A stretch of DNA of 64,000 nt, taken from positions 2,242,702 through 2,306,701 of the forward strand of contig OZ241875.1 in the NCBI GenBank assembly GCA_965203325.1. The letters run 5' to 3'. This stretch comes from a bacterium (GTDB lineage: Bacteria; UBA8248). How positions within the stretch are numbered: the first letter of the stretch is position 1; every line of letters begins with the position of its first letter. Below are positions 20,282 through 28,373 of this stretch, piece by piece. Position numbers and translations under genes: made by a program. The notes under the pieces were generated by a model. It saw nothing but the letters and a program-made list of their open reading frames with translations. It did not search any database and was not told the origin of the DNA.

Positions 20282-20289
20282 GAGCACAC

Positions 20290-21051
20290 ATGAGTCATCC
20301 CCTGCCCCGAGAAATATCGCCCGGCGTCTTCTGGCTCGGCGACTGCCTGGTCCAGCACTCCCAGGGCAAGATATATCACTCCTACAACGCGGCCTTCCTC
20401 GTCATCGGATCAGTTGCCTCCATGCTGATAGAGACGGGACATCCCAAGGATTTCCCGATCATCGAACGCCAGATGAGGGACATCCTGACCCGAGGCGGAG
20501 GCCCGCTCAAACACCTGTTCCTGACCCATCAGGAGACGCCCCACTCGGGCGGTCTGGGCCGCGTGCTCGATAGATACCCCGACCTCACCATCCACGGGGA
20601 CATGTGCGACTACCACCTGGCGTTTCCCCAGCACGAGGGCCGCTTCCGGGAGATGCGCGTGGGAGACGCCATCGACCTGGGCGATACGAAGTTCATGGCC
20701 GTGGAGCCGGTGATCCGGGACTTGCGGAGTTCTCTCTGGGGATTCGAGACCAAAGGGCGCGTGCTGTTTCCGGGAGACGGCTTCGCCTACAGCCACTACC
20801 ACACGGACGGCCACTGCGGGATGTTCGCCGAAGAGGCGACCTCGCTCGATCTCGTCGACGTGCTGGGCGTATTCGCCGAACGCGCCCTGTACTGGACCAC
20901 CTTCACTGACATGAACGTCTACGCCGACAAGCTCGAAGAGTTGATGGATGAACTGGACGTCGAAGTCGTCGCGCCGACGCACGGCCTGCCCATACGCGAC
21001 ATCGCGCAAACAATGCCGAAAGTGAGAGAAGGCCTCGTACGGGGCGACTGA
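20290..21051 (+). CDS. MBL-fold ODP-like di-iron protein paralog 2
   Basis: THQETPH (HxExxH-type), HTDGHCG and GDGFAYSHYH motifs. Confidence 0.6.
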   Translation: MSHPLPREISPGVFWLGDCLVQHSQGKIYHSYNAAFLVIGSVASMLIETGHPKDFPIIERQMRDILTRGGGPLKHLFLTHQETPHSGGLGRVLDRYPDLTIHGDMCDYHLAFPQHEGRFREMRVGDAIDLGDTKFMAVEPVIRDLRSSLWGFETKGRVLFPGDGFAYSHYHTDGHCGMFAEEATSLDLVDVLGVFAERALYWTTFTDMNVYADKLEELMDELDVEVVAPTHGLPIRDIAQTMPKVREGLVRGD

Positions 21052-21131
21052 GGCGCGAACCCCACGGAGAAGAATTCCAACCGGTGAATGAAGAATCGCA
21101 GGGACAGGGCCTCCTCGGGGTATAAAGGCAA

Positions 21132-21271
21132 CCCCCCCTACCCCCCCTTGTCAGGGGTCAAACGCGAGTGATGAACGAGCGTTTGCATAAGCCATTGACG
21201 AGAAACACATCGTCTTGCAAAACCTCCCTCTTCGGTCGGTTTTGACCCCTGACAAGGGGGGGTAGGGGGGG
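21132..21271. repeat. Family-B MITE-like element: terminal inverted repeats CCCCCCCTACCCCCCCTTGTCAGGGG / CCCCTGACAAGGGGGGGTAGGGGGGG around an 88-bp core with an internal hairpin
   Basis: Direct reading; related arms occur at 4565-4592, 26953-27117 and 37459-37482. Confidence 0.8.
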
Positions 21272-21320
21272 TTGGTTCTCAAGGCGAGAGCCTGCGCCGC
21301 CGCCCGGTTTCGGGTTTGAC

Positions 21321-21719
21321 TTAAACGTCCTCCACCAGCTCCCACAGCGTTCCCATCGTGCTCTTGGGCTTGATGAAGGCGATGAGGTGTCCGCCGAAGC
21401 CGGGCCTCGACTTCTCATCAATCAACTCGAAGCCCTGCGCTTTCATCTCGGCCAGCACGCCGTCGATGTTCTTCACGTCGAAGGCCACGTGGTGGAGGCC
21501 CTCGCCGCGCTCCTCGATGAACTTGGCGAGAGGCGAATCCTGCTGGATGGGCGAGATGGGCTCGATGAGGTCGCCGCCCAGGTCCAGCATGGCCAGATCG
21601 GTCGCGCCGTCGGCGGAAGTCTCCCGCGCGAGCAGCTTCGCGCCCATGCCCTCGTACAGGGCGATGGCGGCGTCCATGTCCTTCACCGCGACGCCGATGT
21701 GATGAAATTTGTTGAACAT
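21321..21719 (-). CDS. mce: Methylmalonyl-CoA epimerase (VOC family)
   Basis: MFNKFHHIGVAVKD...GLHHVAF motifs. Confidence 0.8.
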   Translation of the reverse strand: MFNKFHHIGVAVKDMDAAIALYEGMGAKLLARETSADGATDLAMLDLGGDLIEPISPIQQDSPLAKFIEERGEGLHHVAFDVKNIDGVLAEMKAQGFELIDEKSRPGFGGHLIAFIKPKSTMGTLWELVEDV

Positions 21720-21937
21720 ATCCGCATTCCCCCCGACCGGGCGCGGCGGCGGAACGCGGTCCCTTCGCCGCACCGGCCATTCATAGATTTGGTGACCACC
21801 TGTTTAGCAGGCTCGCCGGAATTCCTCAATCAGGCCCGCCGGTTCCAGTCTCCGGAAACTATACTTGGCGAAGCGTTTGTCGTATCCTGCGCGCATCAAC
21901 GAAATCATGCGAACCATATATTCATGAGGAGAAATCC

Positions 21938-22498
21938 ATGACAGGTCCTGTAGATGGACACAGCACCTCCACCGTGCCGGGCGAGCGCGTCATCGACAAG
22001 CCCGAACTCCCCAAAGGGGGGCTGTATACCGACAACACCGTCCACACCGAGATGCACGAAGGCTCCCTGCAGCTCAAGCGCGGAACGGCGGGCAAGTTCG
22101 AGATTTTCTGCGACGAGGGCGCGAACATCGGCGGCACGGCGCAATACCCCACGCCGATGGCCTATCTCGCCATGGCGACGGGGTTCTGACTGCTCACCCA
22201 GGTGTCGCGGTACGCGCACATGATGAAAATGGAGATCAAGGGAGCGAGCGTCTCCGTCCGGTTCCGAAAGCTGCTGGGCGGCTCGGTGCTCAAAGGCACC
22301 GTGTTCAACAAGTGGGAGGCCGTGGACACACATCTCAAAGTCGAATCGGACGAACCCGCCGAAAAGCTCGCCCACCTCATCAAGAACGCCAAGAACGGCT
22401 GTTTCGCCGAGGCCCTGATCACCGAGCCGGTGCCGCTCCACTCCACCGTGGAGGTGAACGGCGAACCGTTCGAGATAGAGGGAATCACGGCGGATTAA
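21938..22498 (+). CDS. OsmC/Ohr-family peroxiredoxin-like protein with an in-frame TGA (22187-22189) at the peroxidatic Cys position. It is a candidate selenoprotein, or otherwise a pseudogene.
   Basis: Both track ORFs (21938-22189 and 22202-22498) are in the same frame. GGTAQYPTPMAYLAMATGF-TGA-LLT aligns with OsmC GG..P.P.ELLLAALAGC. The second conserved Cys (NGCF) is present. A GAGGAG SD precedes the ATG. Confidence 0.55.
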
Positions 22499-22520
22499 CC
22501 CCCATACCTGGAGTTTTTTC

Positions 22521-22973
22521 ATGGAATACTTCCACGCATCTGAGGATATCGCCTTCGGCTCGCAGCCCGAGCCCGCGGATCTGGAGTCCCTCGCCGCAAG
22601 AGGGGTCAAGACCATCATCAACACGCGCTTTCCTGAAGAAGACCAGGGCGACCTCCCGCCCGAGCGCGCAAAGGCCCAAGCCGAGGCGCTGGGAATGCGC
22701 TACGTGAACGTCCCCGTCTCGCCCGCCGAGTTCAGCCCCGCCTCGCTGGCCGAGGTGAGCCGCGCTCTCTCAGAAGCCAAGGCCCACGGAACGACCTTCG
22801 TCCACTGAAAGGCCACGGGGCGGGCCGGGATTTGCTCGCTGAACCATCTGGCGGATGAGAACGACTGGAGCGCGCGGGAGATGGAGGGGGCCGCCGACGC
22901 CACCGGCTTCGACTGGCGCGACGCGCCGTTAGCACCCAAATACCGCGAGTTCTTCGCAAGGAGGCCCGGGTAG
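22521..22973 (+). CDS. DUF442/TIGR01244-like (rhodanese/phosphatase-like) protein with an in-frame TGA (22806-22808) replacing the CX4R catalytic Cys. It is a candidate selenoprotein.
   Basis: ...AHGTTFVH-TGA-KATGRAG... matches the family motif VLaHC(R/K)SGtRs. The frame continues to TAG at 22971. Confidence 0.5.
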
Positions 22974-23404
22974 GCGCAAAAGGGCCGTCGTATCCCCATC
23001 CATCAAGGGCTTAATCTTTCCTGCGCCCTGAACGCCATTCGGCGGGGATGCGCGCCGCGCTTCAGAGGTTGTTGAAAAAGCCCCTCGATATGGGAAAACC
23101 ACCGTCATTCCGGCGAAAGCCGGAATCCAGAGCCAACGAGGAGAGCAACACCGCCGAACGGCTGGCAAAACCGACAAAGCAAAAAAACCAAAAACAAATT
23201 CACTGGATTCCGGCTTAAAAACATGCCGGAATGACGGTCGGGTCGGGCGGACACACAGGTCCGCCCCTACACCCCATTGCGTTTTTGCGTAGGGGCGGAC
23301 CTGTGTGTCCGCCCGATCTCGAAACGGTTTTTTTCACCAGACCCTTGTCAGGGGGGAGTCAACAGCCGCTTCAGTAGGCCGTCTTTCCCGACCCCCCGGT
23401 CCGC

Positions 23405-24184
23405 CTAGCCGGAACCGCGCTTGAGGACGCCGCCGGCGTCGAAGCCGCCGTCCACGGGCAGCGTCACGCCGTTGATGTAGCCCGATTGCGGCAGCGCCAG
23501 ATAGAGGGCCGCGGCCGCCACCTCCTCCGGCGCCCCGTAGCGGTTCATCGGAACGCTCTGGAGATAGGCCCGGCGGGTCTCCTCGTCGTGCATTTCCCTC
23601 ACCAACGGGGTTTCGACGGGTCCCGGCGCCAGGGTGTTGACCGTCACGCCGGACTCCGCCCACTCGGTCGCCAACACCCTCGTCAACGCCGCGACGCCGC
23701 CCTTGGACGCGCCGTAGGCCGCGCGACCCGTCCCGCCCCGCAAGCCCGCGACCGAGGACATCGACACGATCCGCCCGTATCCCGCCTCGACCATGACGGC
23801 GCCGGCGGCCTGCATCATCAGGAAACTGCCCGTGAGATTGACGGCGATGATGCGGTTCCAATCCTCGAGCGCGGTTTCCAGGGCGAGTATCTCCTGACCT
23901 ATGCCCGCGAAGTGCATCAGGATTTCCAGCGAGCCGAACCGCTCCGTCACCGCCTCGATGAGCGCTTCGACGTCACGCGCCTCGGCCACGTCGGTCCTGA
24001 CGAATAGCGCTTCGGCGCCCCCCGCTTTCAACTCTTCCGCTGCCGCAGCACCCGCCTCTTCGTTCAGGTCGGCGATGACGACGGCCGCACCCGCATCCGC
24101 CAGCGTCTGCGCGGTGGCGCGTCCGATGCCGCTCGCACCGCCGGTGACGACCGCCGCCTGTCCTTCAAGTGTGAGCATGCTCAT
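23405..24184 (-). CDS. SDR family oxidoreductase
   Basis: TGGASGIGRA Rossmann motif, and YGASKGGV catalytic YxxxK. Confidence 0.9.
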   Translation of the reverse strand: MSMLTLEGQAAVVTGGASGIGRATAQTLADAGAAVVIADLNEEAGAAAAEELKAGGAEALFVRTDVAEARDVEALIEAVTERFGSLEILMHFAGIGQEILALETALEDWNRIIAVNLTGSFLMMQAAGAVMVEAGYGRIVSMSSVAGLRGGTGRAAYGASKGGVAALTRVLATEWAESGVTVNTLAPGPVETPLVREMHDEETRRAYLQSVPMNRYGAPEEVAAAALYLALPQSGYINGVTLPVDGGFDAGGVLKRGSG

Positions 24185-24194
24185 CTCCCGTGTG

Positions 24195-25385
24195 CTAGGT
24201 GATTACCCCGAGTTTGCGGCCCACCTCGGCGAATGCGCCGATGGCGCGGTCGAGGTCTCCCGTATCGTGGGCCGCCGACATCTGCGTGCGGATCCGGTCC
24301 TGCCCGCGCGGGACGACGGGAAACGAGAACGCGGTGACCAGTACGCCCTCCTCGCGAAGCCCGGCGGCGAAGTTCTGCGCCAGTTTCGGGTCTCGCAGCA
24401 TCAGGGGGATGATGGGGTGCTCGCCCGGCAGCAGTTCGAACCCCAGGGCGGTCATTTCGGCGCGGAAGCGCCTCGTATTGCGCCAGAGCCGATCCCGCAG
24501 CTCCGCCGAGCCGGCGAGAAGGTCCAGCGCCGCCAGGCCGGTCTGGGCGATGACGGGCGCCGGCGTGTTGGAGAAGATGTAGGGGCGCGCGCTCTGGCGC
24601 AGCCACTCCACGATGACGCGCCGGGCCGAGACGTAACCCCCCGCAGCACCTCCCAGCGCCTTGCCGAGCGTCCCCGTCAGGATATCGACCCGCCCTGCGA
24701 CGCCGAAGCGCTCCGGCGTCCCCCGCCCGCTTTTGCCGACGAAGCCGACGGCATGGCTGTCGTCCACCATCACGAGGGCGTCGTGTCTTTCCGCCAGGTC
24801 GCAGATGGCCGGCAGATCGGCCATATAGCCGTCCATCGAAAAGACCCCGTCCGTGGCGATCAGGCGGTAGCGCGCACCGGCCGCTTCTTTCAGTCTGGCC
24901 TCCAGGTCCTTCATGTCGTTGTTGGCGTAACGGAAGCGCTTCGCGCGGCAAAGGCGCACGCCGTCGATGATAGAGGCGTGGTTCAGCGCGTCGGATATGA
25001 TCGCGTCTTCCTCGCCCAGAAGGCTCTCGAACAGCCCCGCGTTGGCGTCGAAACAACTGGGGAAGAGGATCGTGCCCTCGGTTCCCAGAAACGCGCTCAG
25101 GCGCTCCTCCAACTGCTTGTGGGGAACCTGGGTGCCGCAGATGAACCGGACCGACGACATGCCGAAACCGTAGCGGGACAACGCGGCCCTGGCCGCCTCG
25201 ACGAGGCGTGGGTGGTTGGAGAGGCCCAGGTAGTTGTTGGCGCACAGATTGATGCAGGCCGCACCCGTCTCGAGGGTGACCTCGCCCTGCTGCGGCGAGG
25301 AGATGACCTGCTCCTGTTTGAACAGGCCGTCGGCCTTGAGCGTTTCGATCCGGCCGGCTAAATCGGCGAGGAATTCCTGGGTCAT
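24195..25385 (-). CDS. kbl: Glycine C-acetyltransferase (2-amino-3-ketobutyrate CoA ligase)
   Basis: Near colinear identity in motifs to E. coli Kbl ([27 protein letters not shown]). Confidence 0.93.
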   Translation of the reverse strand: MTQEFLADLAGRIETLKADGLFKQEQVISSPQQGEVTLETGAACINLCANNYLGLSNHPRLVEAARAALSRYGFGMSSVRFICGTQVPHKQLEERLSAFLGTEGTILFPSCFDANAGLFESLLGEEDAIISDALNHASIIDGVRLCRAKRFRYANNDMKDLEARLKEAAGARYRLIATDGVFSMDGYMADLPAICDLAERHDALVMVDDSHAVGFVGKSGRGTPERFGVAGRVDILTGTLGKALGGAAGGYVSARRVIVEWLRQSARPYIFSNTPAPVIAQTGLAALDLLAGSAELRDRLWRNTRRFRAEMTALGFELLPGEHPIIPLMLRDPKLAQNFAAGLREEGVLVTAFSFPVVPRGQDRIRTQMSAAHDTGDLDRAIGAFAEVGRKLGVIT

Positions 25386-25725
25386 TGGTCGGCCCTCTAG
25401 GTGCGAACACCGGCCGGGGCGGCGCGGGAGTCGGCGAGATACGGCCCATACCGGGATTCACTCCGATGATCTTCCGATTATGCCGCATCACGGCGAAGTC
25501 CACCAGACGCCGCGGGACGGCCCCCGGGGGGAGAGTCGCCGGAAAGCGTTTCAGGCGCGGGTCGGCGCGGGGAAATTTCTTGACATCGATCCGGCGATTC
25601 GTAGGATGAAACAGGCGAATTCCATGCGGCGGCGCGAGCGCCCGGCTGCCGCGCAGCGCCTTATTCATCACCTCCGCGCACGTATCCACTCACGGCCGCG
25701 TCACCGGAGAAAAGGATATACGGGC

Positions 25726-26865
25726 ATGATTGAGCTGCTCGGCATCGGTCACCTCTTCGAGCTTTCCCGGGCGGAAGCGGTTGCGGGGTTTTTCACCCCG
25801 CTCGTGGTCTTCGCCGCCTTTTTCGTGGCGCAACTCGCCTTGCCGGGCAGGTGGGTTCCCGGCTACGTCATCGACTCCGAGACGGGCGAGCCCCGCAAAT
25901 ACCGGCTGAACGGCCTCCTGGTTTTCGTGGTCGCGCAGATCGTGTGGGCTTTCGAGCTCACCGGGATGCCGCGCGAGTGGTTCTACCGCTCCACGGTCTA
26001 CGCCGTAGCCGGCGGAACGGTCTTCACCACCATCTTCGCCGTCATCGCGGTGTACAGCCGGCCGCCGGGGGAGGAAAAGAATCCGCTCCTGGCGCTGTGG
26101 GACGGGCGGGCGCAGGAGATATCGTTCTTCAAGAGCCGCTTCGACGTGAAGATGTATTTCTACGTCGTCGGCGGGACGATGCTCTCGCTGAACGCCCTCT
26201 CGGGCGCCGCGTACCACTGGGAGCACTTCGGCGCAGACTTCAACCCGGGCGTTTTCCTGTATGCGGCGTTCTTCACGTTCTACGTACTGGACTACTTCAT
26301 CTTCGAGCGCGTCCAGCTCTATACCTACGATCTGATCCACGAGAACGTCGGCTTCAAGCTGTTCTGGGGCGGCCTCGTGGTCTACGGGTGGATGTTCATC
26401 CTCCCGCTGTGGGGCATGGCCGCCTACCCCGACCCCCGATTCTCGCCGGGGTGGAAGAAGGTATGGCTCATCGGAACGGCCGCGCTGTTCCTGTTCGGGT
26501 GGGGCATCGGGCGCGGCGCCAACCTGCAGAAATACACGTTCAAAAGGTGGCCCGAGCGCAAGTTTCTGGGCCTCATCGAGCCCGTCTACATCGAGGCGGG
26601 TGAGCGCAAGATACTTTGCAGCGGCCTGTGGGGCGTCGCCCGTCACTTCAACTACATGGGCGAGGGGTTCCTGGCCCTCTCCATCGCCCTGGTGTTCGGC
26701 TACTTCACGAATCCCTGGGCCTGGACCTATTTCGTCTTCATCGTCTCGTTCTTCACCTGCCGTCAGCGTTACGACGACGCCTACTGCGCCGAGAAATACG
26801 GCGCGGAGAAGTGGGCGGAGTATCAGGCGCGGGTGAAGTACCGGATATTCCCCGGCGTTTATTGA
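25726..26865 (+). CDS. ERG4/ERG24-like sterol reductase family membrane protein
   Basis: Multi-TM; C-terminal signature GLWGVARHFNYMGEGF ... YCAEKYGAEKWAEYQARVKYRIFPGVY. The true start is ATG 25726 (GGAG SD). The track ORF starts at 25234, antisense to kbl. Confidence 0.75.
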   Translation: MIELLGIGHLFELSRAEAVAGFFTPLVVFAAFFVAQLALPGRWVPGYVIDSETGEPRKYRLNGLLVFVVAQIVWAFELTGMPREWFYRSTVYAVAGGTVFTTIFAVIAVYSRPPGEEKNPLLALWDGRAQEISFFKSRFDVKMYFYVVGGTMLSLNALSGAAYHWEHFGADFNPGVFLYAAFFTFYVLDYFIFERVQLYTYDLIHENVGFKLFWGGLVVYGWMFILPLWGMAAYPDPRFSPGWKKVWLIGTAALFLFGWGIGRGANLQKYTFKRWPERKFLGLIEPVYIEAGERKILCSGLWGVARHFNYMGEGFLALSIALVFGYFTNPWAWTYFVFIVSFFTCRQRYDDAYCAEKYGAEKWAEYQARVKYRIFPGVY

Positions 26866-26952
26866 TGGCGCTCCTTCGACAGGCTCCGGACAGGCCCTTC
26901 GATACAAACGCTCCTTTATCGGGGCCGCCCAAAAAGTCCTGCGGGGCAGTAA

Positions 26953-27117
26953 CCCCCCTACCCCCCCTTGTCAGGGGGGTATAAAAAGGCGATGCGCCCC
27001 ACCGGTCTGAGGGGGCTTTGATTTTCTTGCCCCCTGACAATAAGGGGACAGAGGTCGCCGGGTGGAGCAGCTGAGGGGGTTTTGATCTTGCCCCCCTGAC
27101 AAGGGGGGTAGGGGGGG
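26953..27117. repeat. Family-B MITE-like element with TIRs and two internal direct repeats GAGGGGG(C)TTTGAT(T)TTCTTGCCCCCTGACAA
   Basis: Direct reading. Confidence 0.8.
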
Positions 27118-27270
27118 TTGCCTTTATGGGATTTCCCTTTCAAGGGGGTTGCCATTACCCTCTCAGGGGCTTCTTCAACAGCTCCCAAGGGGGGAATGAT
27201 TTTCGGGCGCTCGCCACTTCATTCGAAAAACTGGTTGGTGAGGTGTCCAAACCCACCGATAGCCTTCCCC

Positions 27271-28143
27271 TCACTCTCCGATCTTCCAGACGCCCTTCTC
27301 CCGGAAAGCGGGGATGGTCTGGCGGCGGGCGGCGTTGGTCGTGGCGGGGGCCGAGAGGCCTCTCTTCCTGATGTAGTCGGAGAGCCGCACGACCGATTCG
27401 CCCCTGAGGTAGGTCACCCGTTTGTGCAGCGATTCCAGAAGCGCGAGCGAGAAGATGTTCTCCATCGTCCGGGCCGTCCGGCGGTCGCGATAGTCGCCAA
27501 ACGCCTGGTAGTAGCGCTCCCTCTCCGAGTATCGGATGATGAGGCGCGGCAGGCCGAGTTGTAGAAGCTGGAAGTTGATGATCACACGACCGATCCGTCC
27601 GTTGCCGTCGCAGAAGGGATGAATCGTCTCGAAATCCAGATGGAACCGGGCGATCTTGTCGAGGCAGTAGGAATCCAGATCGCTCGAATATGTGATGAGG
27701 ATGTTCTCCATCATGCGCTCCACGTGCTCGGGCGCGGGCGCGATATGCGTACCCACGCGCACGTACTCTCCCTGTCCCCGAAACCGGCCCGCGATGGCGT
27801 CGTCGATGCCGCCGATGAGCATCTGGTGCAAGAGCAGTATCAACTCCTCATCCAGTTCGCTATCTTCCGCCCGCGCGCGCTTGTATTCGGTGACGCGGGC
27901 CAGATTCCTGGCTTCAAAAACCTCCCGCACCGACACCTCGCGCGCGAGGGATTGCTCCAGCAGGATTCTTTCGGTTTCATCGAGTGTGAGGGTGGAGTTT
28001 TCAATCGCGTTCGAGTTGTAGACGCTCTCGGGGATTTCGACCTCGTCGATCATTGCCAGAAGCGATTCCCTGCCCCGGCGCAAGGCGTCGTATTCCCGCT
28101 TGAGAGCCCCGATGCGATCTTTTATCGGCCCCGGAGTAGTCAT
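27271..28143 (-). CDS. Fic family protein (class II, intramolecular inhibitory helix)
   Basis: FIC motif HPFCDGNGRIGR, and N-terminal inhibitory motif SNAIEN ((S/T)xxxE(G/N)). Confidence 0.85.
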   Translation of the reverse strand: MTTPGPIKDRIGALKREYDALRRGRESLLAMIDEVEIPESVYNSNAIENSTLTLDETERILLEQSLAREVSVREVFEARNLARVTEYKRARAEDSELDEELILLLHQMLIGGIDDAIAGRFRGQGEYVRVGTHIAPAPEHVERMMENILITYSSDLDSYCLDKIARFHLDFETIHPFCDGNGRIGRVIINFQLLQLGLPRLIIRYSERERYYQAFGDYRDRRTARTMENIFSLALLESLHKRVTYLRGESVVRLSDYIRKRGLSAPATTNAARRQTIPAFREKGVWKIGE

Positions 28144-28149
28144 GCCGTT

Positions 28150-28260
28150 ACTATAATATATTCACGCTAAAGCATCAATGTCCCGTGAATGAACCTCATA
28201 AAACGCCCTTTATTCACGCTAAATCGCTTAAATAACGTGAATCACTCTTCAGGCCTTTTG
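28150..28260 (-). promoter_or_regulatory. AT-rich leader of fic with four TTCACG/CGTGAA half-sites and a duplicated ATTCACGCTAAA
   Basis: Direct reading of 28150-28250. Confidence 0.3.
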
Positions 28261-28373
28261 CCCGCATCGGGCCGCCCGGATAGTTTTCCTTGACACTCAT
28301 CCTGCCCCTCGCTAGGTTGGTTGGAGACTCCGACACGTCCTCCATAGCACGTCGCTGGTCCGGGAGAGGATTC

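Noticed and set aside
19331-20287. 318-aa minus-strand ORF exactly mirroring the ODP paralog 1 gene. Other long antisense ORFs fall in the same class (2021-2881, 11603-12466, 12301-13482, 24181-25689, 25690-26907, 40672-41457, 51065-52780, 53759-55615).
   Set aside because: Antisense mirror ORFs expected at ~65% GC. The sense partners have clear homology, and the antisense translations are Arg/Ala/Gly-rich without motifs.
22187-22189. TGA in the OsmC-like gene as a simple sequencing error or pseudogene
   Set aside because: Not fully rejected. It is disfavoured because the TGA sits precisely at the catalytic Cys codon and the neighbouring gene shows the same pattern at its own catalytic Cys.
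25234-25725. N-terminal 164-aa extension of the sterol-reductase-like ORF
   Set aside because: Overlaps kbl on the opposite strand and is low-complexity. An internal ATG at 25726 with a GGAG SD begins the hydrophobic protein.
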